Shown piece after piece: positions 49,800 to 63,129 of a stretch of 64,000 nt of DNA; the stretch's first letter is position 1, and each line of letters begins with the position of its first letter. The position numbers and the translations under genes are program-made. The DNA is from Acidobacteriota bacterium. Its GTDB lineage: Bacteria; Acidobacteriota; UBA4820; DSQY01. The notes under the pieces were generated by a model. It did not search any database. It was not told the origin of the DNA and saw nothing but the letters and a program-made list of their open reading frames with translations. The stretch spans positions 5,945 to 69,944 of the forward strand of contig JBMFSH010000012.1 of assembly GCA_049967655.1 (NCBI GenBank), given 5' to 3'.

Positions 49800-50387
49800 C
49801 TAAGCCTGGTCGCCGGGCTTTCCCTCGCTCGGTTCCGGGGCCGGCTCCGCGGCCTGCTCGGGTGCGGCCTCGGGCTTCGTGGCTTCCTCGGCCGCCGCGG
49901 CCTTGGGTTTTCTGGGGGCGCGGGCCTTCTTCTTTGCAGCGGCCTCTTCGGCGGGCGGTTCCGGCGCGGTCTTCGCGGCCTTCTCGCCCTTCCCCTTGCC
50001 CTTGCCCTTCTTGGCCTCTTCAAGCTTGGGCTCACGGTCCACGAGCTCGATGAGTGCGACCTGCGCCCCGTCGCCCTTGCGGAACCCTAGCTTCACGATG
50101 CGGGTGTAGCCCCCGGGGCGCTGCGCATAGAGTGGTCCGAGCGTGGAGAAGAGCTTCTTCAGAACCGCGGGGTCCTGGATGTGCCGGGCGGCCGTCCGCC
50201 GGGCGTGGAGCGTGTCCTTCTTGGCCAGGGTGATGAGGCGCTCGACGAAACGGCGGAGCTCCTTGGCCTTCTCGAGGGTGGTCTGGATCCGGTCATGCCG
50301 CACCAGGCTCGCGGCCTGGTTGCGGAGCATGGCGATCCGGTGTTCAGTGGTGCGGCCGAGCTTTCGATGGTCTATCTGATGGCGCAT
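49800..50387 (-). CDS. rplQ: 50S ribosomal protein L17 with ~75-aa K/A/P/E-rich C-terminal extension
   Basis: L17 core, then a low-complexity tail. Confidence 0.9.
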   Translation of the reverse strand: MRHQIDHRKLGRTTEHRIAMLRNQAASLVRHDRIQTTLEKAKELRRFVERLITLAKKDTLHARRTAARHIQDPAVLKKLFSTLGPLYAQRPGGYTRIVKLGFRKGDGAQVALIELVDREPKLEEAKKGKGKGKGEKAAKTAPEPPAEEAAAKKKARAPRKPKAAAAEEATKPEAAPEQAAEPAPEPSEGKPGDQA

Positions 50388-50394
50388 AGCGTCC

Positions 50395-51342
50395 TCACAC
50401 GTTCATGCCAAGGGTCAGGTTCATCTCCTCAAGGGCGGCCGAGACCTCCTTGAGGGATTTCTCGCCAAAGCCCTTGACGCTTCGCAAATCCCCCTCGGTC
50501 TTCTTGACCAGGTCCCTGAGCGTCTGGAACTTCATAGCCCCGAGCCTCTTGGCCACGCCCTCCGAGACGTTTAACTCGGCGATGGGGCGGGAGAGCAGGC
50601 GCTCCAGTTCGTTCGGATCGGCGAGCTTGGTCCCCTGCGGGATGACCGCCGCGTCCGGCCCCGTGAGGGCGGCGAACAGCTCCATGTGCGCCGTCAACAG
50701 ACGCGAAGCCCTGGCCACGGCGTCCTGGGGAGTGATGGCCCCGTTGGTCCACACCTCGAGCTTCAGGCGTTCGTAGTCGGTGGCCTCCCCGACGCGCGTT
50801 TCGGTCACCTCGTAGTTCACCTTCCGCACCGGAGAATGGATGGAGTCGATGGCGATGAAGTTGGGATCCGCGACGCCGTTCGCCTCCGCCGGAACGTAGC
50901 CGCGCCCCTTGTTGAGCAGGAGCTCCATGGTGAGAGAGCCCTCCTCGTTGAGCGTGGCGACGGGGGCGTCGGGGTTCAGGATCCGGATGGTGCCGTCGTG
51001 CTGGATGTCCTTGGCCGTCACCGTCGCGGGGCCCTTGACCGACAGGCGGAGGGTCTTGGGGTCGTCGGAGTGCTGGATGAACTGGATGGCCTTGAGGTTC
51101 AAGACGATGTCCGTCACGTCCTCGATCACGCCGGGGACGGAGGTGAACTCGTGCAGGATCCCCTCGATCCGCACCGCCGTGAGCGCCGCCCCTTCGATGG
51201 AGGAGAGGAGGATCCGCCGCAGCGTGTTGCCGAGCGTGATGCCCCACCCCCGCTCGAGGGGCTGTGCCACGAACTCGCCGTAGCGGTCCGTGAGGGTTTC
51301 TATGTTGCACTCGATGAGAGTGGGCATTTGAAAGTCTTGCAT
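50395..51342 (-). CDS. rpoA: DNA-directed RNA polymerase subunit alpha
   Basis: NTD and CTD conserved. Confidence 0.95.
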   Translation of the reverse strand: MQDFQMPTLIECNIETLTDRYGEFVAQPLERGWGITLGNTLRRILLSSIEGAALTAVRIEGILHEFTSVPGVIEDVTDIVLNLKAIQFIQHSDDPKTLRLSVKGPATVTAKDIQHDGTIRILNPDAPVATLNEEGSLTMELLLNKGRGYVPAEANGVADPNFIAIDSIHSPVRKVNYEVTETRVGEATDYERLKLEVWTNGAITPQDAVARASRLLTAHMELFAALTGPDAAVIPQGTKLADPNELERLLSRPIAELNVSEGVAKRLGAMKFQTLRDLVKKTEGDLRSVKGFGEKSLKEVSAALEEMNLTLGMNV

Positions 51343-51364
51343 GGGCTTCCGCTCTCCTTAGGCC

Positions 51365-51991
51365 TTACTTCGAGTAGAGCTCGATGATGAGCTGCTCTTC
51401 GATGGGATAGGTGACGTCGGCCCGCTGGGGCTCCCGGACCACGCGACCCTTGAGGTTCTCCCGGTCCAGCTCCAGCCACTCGGGGACGCCCCGGCCGCTG
51501 GAGGATTCTACGGAGGCGAGCAGGAAGACGTTCTTGGCGAGGTTGGCGGCGAGGCCGATCTCGTCCCCGGGGCGCACCTGGTAGTTGGCCACGTTCACCC
51601 GCCTGCCGTTCACGCGGATGTGACCGTGGGAGACCCACTGCCGCGCCTGCTGGCGGGAGGAGGCAAAACCGAGGCGGTAGACCACGTTGTCCAGGCGCTT
51701 TTCGAGCAGACCGATCAGGTTCTCGCCAGTGACGCCGCGGAGCCGGTCGGCCTCCTTGAAGTAGTTGCGGAACTGTTGCTCGAGGACGCCGTAGATCCTC
51801 TTCATCTTCTGCTTCTCGCGGAGCTGGAGGCCGTAGCCCTTGAGCTTCCCGCGACGCCTCGCGTGCTGACCTGGGGGCGTGTTCCTCTTCTCGATGGCGC
51901 ACTTCTCCTTGAAGCAGCGGTCGCCCTTGAGGAAGAGCTTGACGGCATCCCGGCGGCAAAGACGGCAAACGGCAGCATGGTACCGAGCCAA
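51365..51991 (-). CDS. rpsD: 30S ribosomal protein S4
   Basis: sequence. Confidence 0.95.
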   Translation of the reverse strand: MARYHAAVCRLCRRDAVKLFLKGDRCFKEKCAIEKRNTPPGQHARRRGKLKGYGLQLREKQKMKRIYGVLEQQFRNYFKEADRLRGVTGENLIGLLEKRLDNVVYRLGFASSRQQARQWVSHGHIRVNGRRVNVANYQVRPGDEIGLAANLAKNVFLLASVESSSGRGVPEWLELDRENLKGRVVREPQRADVTYPIEEQLIIELYSK

Positions 51992-52006
51992 GGCAGTCCT
52001 CCTATC

Positions 52007-52402
<396 letters not shown>

Positions 52403-52423
52403 GAATCTTCTCCTTGCAACCGC

Positions 52424-52804
52424 CTACTTCTTGGTGGCCTTCTTCTTTCCCGCGATGGCCCGCCTGGGGCCCTTGTGGGTCCTGGCGTTGGTGTGGGTCC
52501 GCTGGCCGTGCACGGGAAGGCCCGTACGGTGGCGGATGCCGCGGTAGGACCCGATGTCGATGAGCCTGCGGATGTCCATCTGGATCTTCTTGCGCAGATC
52601 GCCCTCGACGTTGCCTTCGTCGGTGATGACCTTGCGGATGCGGGAGACCTCATCCTCGGTCAGGTCCTTCACCCGGACGTCCCGGCTCACGTTGGCCTTG
52701 CCCAGAATCTCCTGGGCCCTGGACAGGCCGATCCCATAGATGTAAGTCAGCCCGATTTCGACCCGCTTGTTCAGGGGGAGATCGACTCCAGCAATACGCG
52801 CCAC
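52424..52804 (-). CDS. rpsM: 30S ribosomal protein S13
   Basis: GTG start [10 protein letters not shown] preceded by GGAGG; the upstream ORF extension is an artifact. Confidence 0.9.
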   Translation of the reverse strand: MARIAGVDLPLNKRVEIGLTYIYGIGLSRAQEILGKANVSRDVRVKDLTEDEVSRIRKVITDEGNVEGDLRKKIQMDIRRLIDIGSYRGIRHRTGLPVHGQRTHTNARTHKGPRRAIAGKKKATKK

Positions 52805-52815
52805 GGCCTGCCTCC

Positions 52816-52929
52816 TTAACCTTGCCTCTGCTTGTGCTTCGGGTTGTCGCAGATCACCCGGACCACGCCCTTGCGCTTGATGATCTTGCACTTGGGGCAG
52901 ATTTTCTTGACCGAAGGTCTCACTTTCAT
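52816..52929 (-). CDS. rpmJ: 50S ribosomal protein L36
   Basis: translates to [37 protein letters not shown]; not in the ORF track. Confidence 0.85.
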   Translation of the reverse strand: MKVRPSVKKICPKCKIIKRKGVVRVICDNPKHKQRQG

Positions 52930-52943
52930 GGTTCTCTCTCCGC

Positions 52944-53165
52944 TCAGCTCTTGAACCGGTAGACGATGCGTCCGCGGTTCAGGTCATAAGGAGACAGCTC
53001 GACCAGAATCTGATCGCCGGGCAGGATGCGGATGAAGTGCTTTCGCATCTTGCCCGAGATGTGGGCCAGCACCCTGTGGCCGCTCTCCAGCTCCACCCGG
53101 AACATGGCGTTGGGGAGGGCCTCCTTCACTGTCGCCTTCATCTGGATTACGTCGTCCTTGCTCAT
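52944..53165 (-). CDS. infA: translation initiation factor IF-1
   Basis: sequence. Confidence 0.95.
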   Translation of the reverse strand: MSKDDVIQMKATVKEALPNAMFRVELESGHRVLAHISGKMRKHFIRILPGDQILVELSPYDLNRGRIVYRFKS

Positions 53166-53914
53166 GCCCCCTCAATCCCCAGGATCCTGGGCCCGTTTTC
53201 GGTGACGGCCACGCTGTACTCGAAGTGAGCGGAGCGCTTTCCGTCCGCGGTCCGCACCGTCCACCCGTCCTCGTCCACCGTCACATCGTGACCACCCTCG
53301 TTGATCATGGGTTCGATGGCCAGCACCATGCCTACCTGCAGGCGCGGTCCCCGCCCGGGCTCCCCGAAGTTCGGTACCTGGGGTTCCTCGTGCAGGGCGC
53401 GCCCTATGCCGTGGCCCACGTAGTCGCGGACCACCGAAAAGCCTTGGCCCTCCGCGTATTCCTGAACGGCGTGGGACACGTCCGAAACGCGACTTCCCAC
53501 GCGAACCTGTTCCACCCCCTTCTCGAGGGAGGTTCGGGTCACGGTCAGGAGGCGGACGCCTTCCGGATCCACGTCCCCCACCGGAAAGGTGCGGGCCGCA
53601 TCCCCATAGTATCCATCCACAATGGCGCCGAAGTCCAGCGAGACCAGGTCCCCCGGCTGAATCACCCGGGGCCCAGGGATGCCGTGCACGACCTCGTCGT
53701 TTACGGAGATGCAGACCGAGGCCGGGAATCCCCCGTAACCCTTGAAGGCGGGCTTGCCGCCCATCTGCTTGGTCAGGGACTCGGCCAGCCGGTCCAGATC
53801 CCGGAGCACGACGCCGGGCGCGAGCTCCTCGCCCAGTCGGTCCAGGACCGCGTGGACGATCCGGTTGGCCCGGTCCATGATCTCGATCTCTTCAGGCGCC
53901 TTCAAATGAATCAT
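53162..53914 (-). CDS. map: type I methionine aminopeptidase
   Basis: start [11 protein letters not shown] at 53914. Confidence 0.9.
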   Translation of the reverse strand: MIHLKAPEEIEIMDRANRIVHAVLDRLGEELAPGVVLRDLDRLAESLTKQMGGKPAFKGYGGFPASVCISVNDEVVHGIPGPRVIQPGDLVSLDFGAIVDGYYGDAARTFPVGDVDPEGVRLLTVTRTSLEKGVEQVRVGSRVSDVSHAVQEYAEGQGFSVVRDYVGHGIGRALHEEPQVPNFGEPGRGPRLQVGMVLAIEPMINEGGHDVTVDEDGWTVRTADGKRSAHFEYSVAVTENGPRILGIEGA

Positions 53915-54560
53915 CCAATCGCTCTCTCCAGGGCGGCGAGAACCTGGGAAGGTTCGCGGTCTCCCGGAACGGTCTTCAGGAGTCCCCGGCGGCGGTAGTG
54001 GTCGGACAGGGGTGCCGTCTTCTCGTGATACACGCGCAGCCGCTCGCGGATCACGTCTTCCCGGTCGTCGTCGCGCTGCACCAAGCCCGTGCCGCACTTG
54101 TCGCAAAGCCCCTCGCGCTTGGGGGGCGAAAAGACGAGGTTGTAGACGGTGCCGCAGCCGGGGCAGCTTCGCCGGCTCGACAGCCTCTTGACGATCACCT
54201 CGTCGGCCACTTCGAGTTCCAGGGCCAGCACGTCCTGCTTGCCCAGTTCCGCGAGGATCCCCTCCAGGATGGAAGCCTGGGAGAGGTTGCGCGGGTAGCC
54301 GTCCAGGATGAACCCCGGGCCGCAGTCGGCCTTGGCGAGCCGTTCCTTGATGATGCCGGTGAGCAGCTCGTCGGAGACCAGTCCGCCCGACTCCATCACG
54401 GCCTTCGCCTTCAGCCCGAGCGGCGTGCCCTCGCGAACGGCCTCGCGCAGCATGTCACCCGTGGAGATGTGCGGGACGCGCAACCGCGCCGCCAGCTCCT
54501 TGGCTTGGGTTCCCTTCCCCGCTCCAGGCGGTCCCAACAGCACCAGGTTCTTCTGGCTCA

Positions 54561-54561
<1 letters not shown>
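53911..54561 (-). CDS. adk: adenylate kinase (zinc lid type)
   Basis: GPPGAGKGTQ P-loop; CPGCG…CDKCG lid. Confidence 0.95.
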
Positions 54562-55966
<1,405 letters not shown>

Positions 55967-55970
<4 letters not shown>

Positions 55971-56413
55971 GGCTTCCTCACCTCCGCCCGGCCGCCCGCT
56001 GCCTCAATGGCCTTGCGGGCGCTGTCCGAGAAGGCATCCGCCACGACCGTGATGGCGCGGTCCAACGATCCGCCGCCCAGAATCTTCACGGCGGAGCTCT
56101 CCTTGCGGATGAGGCCCGCGTGCTTCAGAACCTTGGCGTTGACCTCGCTGCCCGCCTCGAACCCGGCCAGCCGTGTCAGATTGACCACCTCGTACCGATG
56201 AGCAAAGAGGTTGGTGAACCCCCGCTTGGGGATTCGCCTCTGGAGGGGCATCTGGCCGCCCTCGAAGCCGGGGTTCTGGTGGAACCCGGAGCGGGACTTC
56301 TGGCCCTTCTCGCCCTTGCCGGCCGTCTTGCCCTTGCCGGAGCCAGGGCCGCGGCCGATCCGCTTGGGGCTCTTCTTTGCGCCTTTCGCCGGTCGCAACT
56401 CGGAGAGAAACAT
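55967..56413 (-). CDS. rplO: 50S ribosomal protein L15
   Basis: sequence. Confidence 0.95.
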
Positions 56414-56424
56414 GGGGGGCCTCC

Positions 56425-56631
56425 TTACGCTTCTTCGCTGACCCTGAGCAGGTGCTTGACCGCGAAGATCATGCCTCGAATCTCCGGCCGGTCGGGGTAC
56501 CTGTGGGTGCGGTTGAGTTTTCTGAGCCCCATGCTCCAGGTGACGCGGCGGAGCTTCTCGGTGCCCGGGCGGCGGATCAGGGTCACCACCAACTGCTTTT
56601 CCTTGGTCGCCTTTTTCTTTCTCTCAGCCAT
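56425..56631 (-). CDS. rpmD: 50S ribosomal protein L30
   Basis: sequence. Confidence 0.9.
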   Translation of the reverse strand: MAERKKKATKEKQLVVTLIRRPGTEKLRRVTWSMGLRKLNRTHRYPDRPEIRGMIFAVKHLLRVSEEA

Positions 56632-56634
56632 GGC

Positions 56635-57135
56635 CTACCCCACGATCTCTTCAAGAGCTTTGCCGCGCTTGCGGGCGACGCTCTCGGGGCTCTGGAGCTT
56701 CAGAAGGCCCTCCACGGCCGCCTTCACCACGTTCTGCGGGTTGTTCGTGCCCACGCACTTGGTCAGGATGTCCTGGATGCCCGCGGCCTCCATGACGGCC
56801 CGGATGGCCCCGCCCGCGATGACGCCCGTCCCCTTCGACGCGGGGCGGAGGATCACGTGGCCGGCGCCGAAGCGGCCCTCCACGTAGTGTGGGATGGTAT
56901 TGCCCTGGAGGGGGACCCTCACCATGCATCGCTTCGCCTGTTCAATCCCCTTCGAGATCGCCAAAGGCACCTCGCGGGCCTTGCCCAGGCCGAATCCCAC
57001 CTTGCCGTTGCCGTCCCCCACGACCACGAGGGCCGAGAACGAGAAGTTCTTTCCGCCCTTGACGACCTTGGTGACGCGGCGGATGGAAACCACCTGTTCG
57101 CGCAGCTCCACTTCGCTGGAGTTTCTCTCTTCCAT
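56635..57135 (-). CDS. rpsE: 30S ribosomal protein S5
   Basis: sequence. Confidence 0.95.
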   Translation of the reverse strand: MEERNSSEVELREQVVSIRRVTKVVKGGKNFSFSALVVVGDGNGKVGFGLGKAREVPLAISKGIEQAKRCMVRVPLQGNTIPHYVEGRFGAGHVILRPASKGTGVIAGGAIRAVMEAAGIQDILTKCVGTNNPQNVVKAAVEGLLKLQSPESVARKRGKALEEIVG

Positions 57136-57145
57136 GCCCGCGCTC

Positions 57146-57523
57146 CTAGAACTGGAGGCCGCCCTTGCGGGCGCCCTCGGCGACGGCCTTGACCCGTCCG
57201 TGGTAAACGTAGCCGCTGCGGTCGAACACGACGGCCTCGATTCCCTTGGCCTTCAGGCGCTCCGAGACGAGCTGCCCGAGCTGCTCGGCCACCGAGAGGT
57301 GCTTCCCGGAGGTCTTTAGCTTGGCCTTCAGCTCGGGCTCTAGGGAGGAAGCGGCCGCCACCGTCGCCCCGGTGGTATCGTCCACGGCCTGCACGTAAAT
57401 GTAGCGGGTGCTCTTGAAGACGCAGAGCCGGGGCTTCTGCGGCGTGCCCTCCATCCGTTTCCGGATGCGGAGCTTTCGCCACGCTCTCTTCTCACTGCGG
57501 TCCGCATGCGTCCATTTCGACAT
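57146..57523 (-). CDS. rplR: 50S ribosomal protein L18
   Basis: sequence. Confidence 0.95.
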   Translation of the reverse strand: MSKWTHADRSEKRAWRKLRIRKRMEGTPQKPRLCVFKSTRYIYVQAVDDTTGATVAAASSLEPELKAKLKTSGKHLSVAEQLGQLVSERLKAKGIEAVVFDRSGYVYHGRVKAVAEGARKGGLQF

Positions 57524-57541
57524 GGCTTCTTCCCCGTGCCT

Positions 57542-58078
57542 TTACTTCGCGGCCTTGCCGGCCTTGCGGATGATCTTTTCACCCGTGTACATGACGCCCT
57601 TGCCCTTGTACGGTTCGGGCTTCTTCATGGCTCGGATCTGCGCGGCCACCTGGCCTACCGACTGGCGGTCGGCTCCGGTCACCACCACGTGGGTGGATTT
57701 CTCCACCGCGATCTCGATCCCCTCGGGGATGGGAAACTCGATGGGATGCGAATAGCCCAGGTTGAAGACCGCCTTGCGGCCCTCCACGTTGGCCTTGTAG
57801 CCCACCCCCACGATGTCCAGCTCCTTCTTGTACCCCTGCGTGACCCCGTGAACGGCGTTGGCCAGAAGGGCGCGGGTCAGGCCATGGAAGGCCCGGCAGG
57901 ACTGCGTGTCGTCCGCGCGACTGATTCGCAGCTCCTTGCCCTCCAGGGCGCAGGAGATGCCCGGGAGAACCGGCGTGCGGAGGAGCCCCTTGGGGCCCTT
58001 CACCTCCACGTGGTCCTCGCCGATGACCACCTGAACTTTGTCAGGGACGGGGATGGGCATTTTTCCGACGCGCGACAT
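57542..58078 (-). CDS. rplF: 50S ribosomal protein L6
   Basis: sequence. Confidence 0.95.
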   Translation of the reverse strand: MSRVGKMPIPVPDKVQVVIGEDHVEVKGPKGLLRTPVLPGISCALEGKELRISRADDTQSCRAFHGLTRALLANAVHGVTQGYKKELDIVGVGYKANVEGRKAVFNLGYSHPIEFPIPEGIEIAVEKSTHVVVTGADRQSVGQVAAQIRAMKKPEPYKGKGVMYTGEKIIRKAGKAAK

Positions 58079-58087
58079 ACTCCCCTC

Positions 58088-58486
58088 CTACCAGACCCTG
58101 CACAGGAGCTCGCCGCCCACGCCTTCGCGGCGGGCGGCCTTGTCCGTCAGGACGCCATGGGAGGTGCTCAGGATGGAGATCCCCAGCCCTCCCAGGACCG
58201 GTTTCACGTCATCCCGCCGCATGTAAAGGCGGCGGCCCGGGCGGGAGGCCCGCTCGATGCCGGCGATCACGGGGCGCCCCTCGTTGGTGTACTTGAGGTC
58301 CACCCGCAGGATCCCCTGCTTCGCGTCTTCGGTCACCTTGAAGTTCAGTACGTAGCCCTCTTCCTTGAGGAGCTTGGCCACCTCCACCTTGAGGTTGGAG
58401 GAGGGCATCTCCACGTAGGCCTTGCGGCTGGAGAGTCCGTTGCGGATGCGGGTCAGGAAGTCGGCGATGGGATCGGTCATCGTCAT
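58088..58486 (-). CDS. rpsH: 30S ribosomal protein S8
   Basis: sequence. Confidence 0.95.
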   Translation of the reverse strand: MTMTDPIADFLTRIRNGLSSRKAYVEMPSSNLKVEVAKLLKEEGYVLNFKVTEDAKQGILRVDLKYTNEGRPVIAGIERASRPGRRLYMRRDDVKPVLGGLGISILSTSHGVLTDKAARREGVGGELLCRVW

Positions 58487-58495
58487 CGCGTCACC

Positions 58496-58681
58496 TCACC
58501 ACGACGCCTTGGTCACGCCCGGAAGCTGGCCCGCCAGCGCGAGCTCGCGCAGGCAACAGCGACAGAGGGCAAACTTGCGGTAGTACCCGCGGGGCCTCCC
58601 GCAGCGCCTGCAGCGGTTGCGGTAACGAACGGCGAACTTGGGCTTCTTTTCCATTTTGGCGAACATGCGAATGCTGGCCAT
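58496..58681 (-). CDS. rpsZ: 30S ribosomal protein S14 type Z (zinc-binding, 61 aa)
   Basis: CRRCGRP…CRCC. Confidence 0.95.
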   Translation of the reverse strand: MASIRMFAKMEKKPKFAVRYRNRCRRCGRPRGYYRKFALCRCCLRELALAGQLPGVTKASW

Positions 58682-58691
58682 CCTTGGTCTC

Positions 58692-59240
58692 CTACTTGCG
58701 GAATGGCATCCCGAAATGCCGAAGGAGGGCCTTCGCTTCGGGGTCCGTTTTGGCCGTGGTGCCGATCGTGATGTTCATGCCCATGGCCTTCGTGATCTTG
58801 TTATATTCCACCTCGGGAAAGATCAGCTGATCCTTCACTCCGAGGGTGTAGTTGCCGTGCCCGTCGAAGGAGCGGTCCGACAGCCCCCTGAAGTCGCGCA
58901 TCCGGGGGATGGCCAGGGAGATGAGCCGATCCAGGAACTCGTACATGCGGTCGCCGCGGAGGGTGACCATGGCGCCGATGGGCTGACCCTGGCGAAGCTT
59001 GAAGTTCGAGATCGACTTGCGGGCCCGCCGGACGGCCGCCCTCTGACCGGAGAGGGTGGTGAGCGTCTCCACCGCCTCGTCCAGAAGCTTGATCTCGCTC
59101 TTGGCCTCGCCCATGCCCATGTTGATGGTGACCTTCGTCAGTTTGGGAACGGCCATGACGTTACGATATTGGAACTCCTGCTGCATGCGCGGCAGGACCT
59201 CCTTTCCGTAGAACTCTCTGAGGCGCGGCTGCTTCTTCAT
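58692..59240 (-). CDS. rplE: 50S ribosomal protein L5
   Basis: sequence. Confidence 0.95.
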   Translation of the reverse strand: MKKQPRLREFYGKEVLPRMQQEFQYRNVMAVPKLTKVTINMGMGEAKSEIKLLDEAVETLTTLSGQRAAVRRARKSISNFKLRQGQPIGAMVTLRGDRMYEFLDRLISLAIPRMRDFRGLSDRSFDGHGNYTLGVKDQLIFPEVEYNKITKAMGMNITIGTTAKTDPEAKALLRHFGMPFRK

Positions 59241-59250
59241 GACTGTCCCC

Positions 59251-59568
59251 TTAGTCCTGCGCGGCGTCGCACTTCTTGCAGACGCGCATCTTCCTGCCCT
59301 CGCGGGTCTGGAAGGAGAAGCGGGTGGGCTCCTGGCACTCCTTGCAGATGCCCATGAGCTTGGAGAGCGGAAGCGACGCCTCCTTCTCCAGGATGCCTCC
59401 CTTGATATTCTTTTGCGGATTGGCCTTGGTGTGCCGCTTCACGAAATTGACGTTCTCCACCACGGCGATGGCCTTGCCCGGGTCCACGCTCAGCACGCGC
59501 CCGCGCTTGCCCTTCTCCCTGCCGGAGAGAATCAAGACTTGGTCGTTCTTCTTAATCCGGTTGCCCAC
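59251..59568 (-). CDS. rplX: 50S ribosomal protein L24 with C-terminal Cys4 motif
   Basis: KOW domain, then C-terminal CKEC-x17-CKKC. Confidence 0.9.
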   Translation of the reverse strand: MGNRIKKNDQVLILSGREKGKRGRVLSVDPGKAIAVVENVNFVKRHTKANPQKNIKGGILEKEASLPLSKLMGICKECQEPTRFSFQTREGRKMRVCKKCDAAQD

Positions 59569-59580
59569 GGCGTGCCCCTC

Positions 59581-59952
59581 TCAGATCACCTCGGGGGCCA
59601 GGGAAACGATCTTCATGAACCGCTTCTCCCTGAGCTCCCGTGCGACAGGTCCAAAGACGCGGGTACCGATGGGCTCGCCCTTGTCGTCCACCAGCACGGC
59701 CGCGTTGTTGTCGAAACGGATGTAGGAGCCGTCCCGGCGCCGCGTCTCCTTGACGGTGCGCACGACCACGGCCTTCACCACCTTCCCCTTCTTGATGTTG
59801 CCCTGGGGCGCCGCCTCCTTGACGGAGCACGTGATGATGTCGCCGAGGCCGGCGTAGCGCCCGGTCGTGGAGCCCCCCTTCATGTGGATGCAGAAGAGCT
59901 TCTTGGCCCCGGAATTGTCCGCTACCTGCAGGATGGTCCCCATCTGGATCAT
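59581..59952 (-). CDS. rplN: 50S ribosomal protein L14
   Basis: sequence. Confidence 0.95.
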   Translation of the reverse strand: MIQMGTILQVADNSGAKKLFCIHMKGGSTTGRYAGLGDIITCSVKEAAPQGNIKKGKVVKAVVVRTVKETRRRDGSYIRFDNNAAVLVDDKGEPIGTRVFGPVARELREKRFMKIVSLAPEVI

Positions 59953-59971
59953 GGCTGTCTCCTAAGGCCGA

Positions 59972-60250
59972 TCAGCGGGCTTTCTCCAGGACTTCCTTAA
60001 CGGCCCAGTGCTTGTCCCGGCTCAGGGGGCGGGTCTCGACGATGAGGACCGTGTCCCCCACCCCGCACTGGTTCTTCTCGTCGTGCGCCTTGAAGCGGTT
60101 GGTCCGCTTGACCACCTTCTTGTAGGCTGGATGGAAGATGCGGCGCTCCACCTGCACGACCACCGTCTTGTCCATCTTGTCCGACACCACCAACCCCACC
60201 TTGGTGGCGTGGTGGCGGGTCTCCTTCGTGGCATTCGCGTCCATGCTCAA
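59972..60250 (-). CDS. rpsQ: 30S ribosomal protein S17
   Basis: sequence. Confidence 0.95.
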   Translation of the reverse strand: MSMDANATKETRHHATKVGLVVSDKMDKTVVVQVERRIFHPAYKKVVKRTNRFKAHDEKNQCGVGDTVLIVETRPLSRDKHWAVKEVLEKAR

Positions 60251-60471
60251 CTCCCCTGGGCCGCCCGCTGCTTCTCGGCCAAGACTGTCTTCACCCGTGC
60301 CAGGCCGTGCCGGTAAGCGCGGATCAGCTGCGGATTCTCGATCTGGCCGGACGCCAGCTGGAAGCGGAGCTTCATGAGGTGCTCCGTGATCTCCTGCTCT
60401 TCGCGCCTGAGTTCATCCACGCCCAGGTCGCGGATCTTGGCCGGTCTCTTGAGATCCTGTGGCTTCATCAT
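60247..60471 (-). CDS. rpmC: 50S ribosomal protein L29
   Basis: start MMKPQDLKR at 60471; the upstream ORF extension is an artifact. Confidence 0.9.
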   Translation of the reverse strand: MMKPQDLKRPAKIRDLGVDELRREEQEITEHLMKLRFQLASGQIENPQLIRAYRHGLARVKTVLAEKQRAAQGS

Positions 60472-60893
60472 AGCGAGAACTCCTGGTCCTTCCGGGCCAC
60501 GAACCGGGTCTTGATGGGAAGCTTGTGGGCCGCGAGACGGAAGGCCTCCTGGGCGATGTCCAGGGTCACCCCCTCGAGCTCGAAGAGGACGCGGCCCGGC
60601 TTGACCACCGCCACCCACCCCTCCGGATTGCCCTTTCCCTTGCCCATACGGGTTTCAAGGGGCTTCTTGGTGAAGGGCTTGTCCGGGAAGATGCGGATCC
60701 AGAGCTTGCCGCCCCTCTTGATGGAGCGGTTGATGGCGACGCGGCTCGCCTCGATCTGCCGGTTCGTGATCCACGCGCATTCCAAGGCCATCAGGCCGTA
60801 ATCGCCGAAGTCCACGTGACTCCCGCGGGTGGCCACTCCGGCGCGGCGCCCCTTCATCTGTTTCCTGTACTTGACCTTCTTTGGCATCAACAT
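60468..60893 (-). CDS. rplP: 50S ribosomal protein L16
   Basis: sequence. Confidence 0.95.
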   Translation of the reverse strand: MLMPKKVKYRKQMKGRRAGVATRGSHVDFGDYGLMALECAWITNRQIEASRVAINRSIKRGGKLWIRIFPDKPFTKKPLETRMGKGKGNPEGWVAVVKPGRVLFELEGVTLDIAQEAFRLAAHKLPIKTRFVARKDQEFSL

Positions 60894-60911
60894 GGTGCTG
60901 CTCCCGGCGGC

Positions 60912-61541
60912 TTACTTGCCGACCTTCTGGCCCTTGTAGATCCACACCTTGACGCCGATGACCCCGTAGGTGGTCCTGGCCTCGGCGAAGCCGTAGTCGA
61001 TGTCGCTGCGCAGCGTCTGCAACGGCAGGCGCCCTTCAAGATACCACTCGGACCGCGCGATTTCGGCCCCATTCAGGCGACCGGCCACGCGGATCTTGAT
61101 GCCGAGCGCCCCAAACTTGCCGGCCATCTCGATGGCCCGCTTCATGGCCCGGCGGAAGGCCACGCGCTTGTTCAGCTGGAGGGCGATGGATTCGGCCACC
61201 AGCTGGGATTCGATCTCGGGCCGGTGGATCTCCTCGATCTTGATGTAGACCTCGCGGCCGAGGCGTCGCTGGACCTCTTCTTTGAGACGGTCCACCTCCG
61301 CGCCCTTCTTACCGATGATGATGCCGGGGCGGCTGGTGAACACCGTGATGGTGAGCTTCTTGCCGGCCCGCTCCAGATCGACGCGGGATACCCCGGCGTG
61401 CCGCAGGCGCCCCAGGAGCTCCTTCCGAAGCTTGAGATCCTCGTGGAGCAGGGACTTGTAATCCTTCTTCGCGAACCAGCGGGACTCCCAGTCCTTGTTG
61501 AATCCTACCCGGAAGCCTACGGGGTTAACTTTCTGACCCAA
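60912..61541 (-). CDS. rpsC: 30S ribosomal protein S3
   Basis: sequence. Confidence 0.95.
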   Translation of the reverse strand: MGQKVNPVGFRVGFNKDWESRWFAKKDYKSLLHEDLKLRKELLGRLRHAGVSRVDLERAGKKLTITVFTSRPGIIIGKKGAEVDRLKEEVQRRLGREVYIKIEEIHRPEIESQLVAESIALQLNKRVAFRRAMKRAIEMAGKFGALGIKIRVAGRLNGAEIARSEWYLEGRLPLQTLRSDIDYGFAEARTTYGVIGVKVWIYKGQKVGK

Positions 61542-61656
61542 AGCTCACCTCCAAAGTCCAGTGCCGAGTGCCGAGTACTGAGGCGCGGTATCACTCCCGC
61601 TCTCCCTCGCAGCCTGCCTGGCTCAGTCCTCAGTGCTCACTCCTCAGTCCTGACCG

Positions 61657-62013
61657 CTACCTCTTCTCGTCCAAACCGATGGTGATGTGACTCTGACGCT
61701 TCACGAAGCGGTAGGCCCGGCCCATGGGGGCGGGCAGGGTCCGCTTCCGAAACTTCAGCGAGGCGCCGTCCACGAAGATCGTCGACACCACCAGATTGTC
61801 CACGTCCACCTGCCGGTTCGGCAGGCTCTCGGCATTGGCCACGGCCGCCTTGAGAAGCTTCTGCAGGTGCCGGGCGGCGCGCTTCTTGGTGAAGCGCAGG
61901 ATGGCCAACGCATCCCCGACAGAACGGCCCCGGATCATGTCCGCCACGAGGCGGGCCTTCTGGGGCGAGCTGTCCACGTATTTGGCGACGGCTTTCACGA
62001 TCATGGCGGCCAC
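61657..62013 (-). CDS. rplV: 50S ribosomal protein L22
   Basis: sequence. Confidence 0.95.
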   Translation of the reverse strand: MAAMIVKAVAKYVDSSPQKARLVADMIRGRSVGDALAILRFTKKRAARHLQKLLKAAVANAESLPNRQVDVDNLVVSTIFVDGASLKFRKRTLPAPMGRAYRFVKRQSHITIGLDEKR

Positions 62014-62014
62014 C

Positions 62015-62296
62015 TTACTTGACCTCTCCCTTTTTCCTGTCTCCCGAGTGCCCCCGGAAGGTGCGCGTGGGGGCGAACTCGCCGAGCCGGTTACCGATCA
62101 TGTTTTCCGTGACGTAGACCGGCACGAACTTCTTCCCGTTGTGGACCGCGATGGTGTGGTTCAGCATGGCCGGCACGATCATCGAACGGCGGCTCCAGGT
62201 CTTGATGACGCTCTTCTTGCCCGAGGCGTTCAGGGCGTCCACCTTGCGCATCAGGTGGTCGTCCACGAAGGGGCCTTTCTTCAGGGACCGCGACAT
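62015..62296 (-). CDS. rpsS: 30S ribosomal protein S19
   Basis: sequence. Confidence 0.95.
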   Translation of the reverse strand: MSRSLKKGPFVDDHLMRKVDALNASGKKSVIKTWSRRSMIVPAMLNHTIAVHNGKKFVPVYVTENMIGNRLGEFAPTRTFRGHSGDRKKGEVK

Positions 62297-62297
62297 T

Positions 62298-63119
62298 CTA
62301 GGCTCTCCTCTTGACGATAAACCGGGCCGTCCGCTTGTTCCGGCGGGTCTTGTAGCCCTTGGTGGGGACGCCCCAGGGGGTCACCGGATGGCGCCCGCCC
62401 TTGGACTTGCCCTCACCGCCGCCGTGGGGGTGGTCCACCGGGTTCATGGCCGTGCCGCGGACCTTCGGCCTGCGGCCGAGCCAGCGATTGCGTCCGGCCT
62501 TCCCCAGGCTGAGGTTCTGGTGCTCCAGGTTGCCGACCTGTCCCACGGTGGCGTAGCAGTTGATGCTGACGTAGCGCATCTCGCCCGAGGGCATGCGGAG
62601 TGTTGCCAGTCGGCCCTCCTTGGCCATCAGCTGGGCCGAGGCTCCCGCCGCCCGCGCCATCTGGCCGCCGCCCCCCTCGTGGAGCTCGATGTTGTGGATC
62701 ATGGTGCCGACGGGGATCTTGCGGAGGGGAAGCGCGTTGCCCACCACCACTTCGGCCTCCTCGCCCGCCATGATCGCCTGGCCCACCTGCAGCCCCTCGG
62801 GGCAGAGGATGTAGCGCTTCTCGCCGTCGGCGTAATTCAGCAGCGCGATGCGGCAGGTCCGGTTGGGGTCGTACTCGACGGCGGCCACCTTGGCCGGGAT
62901 CCCGCGCTTGCCGCGCTTGAAGTCGATGATGCGGTACCGGCGCTTGTGGCCGCCGCCACGCCGGCGCACGGTGACGTGGCCGTGGGCGTTGCGGCAGCTC
63001 GTCCGGGTCTTCTTCTCCAAAAGCCGCTTTTCGGGCTCGGTCTTGGTCACCTCTTCGAAGGTTGAAGTGGTGATGTAGCGGCGGCTGGGAGTTACCGGTT
63101 TATAGGTCTTGATGCCCAT
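62298..63119 (-). CDS. rplB: 50S ribosomal protein L2
   Basis: sequence. Confidence 0.95.
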   Translation of the reverse strand: MGIKTYKPVTPSRRYITTSTFEEVTKTEPEKRLLEKKTRTSCRNAHGHVTVRRRGGGHKRRYRIIDFKRGKRGIPAKVAAVEYDPNRTCRIALLNYADGEKRYILCPEGLQVGQAIMAGEEAEVVVGNALPLRKIPVGTMIHNIELHEGGGGQMARAAGASAQLMAKEGRLATLRMPSGEMRYVSINCYATVGQVGNLEHQNLSLGKAGRNRWLGRRPKVRGTAMNPVDHPHGGGEGKSKGGRHPVTPWGVPTKGYKTRRNKRTARFIVKRRA

Positions 63120-63129
63120 GGATGTCCCC

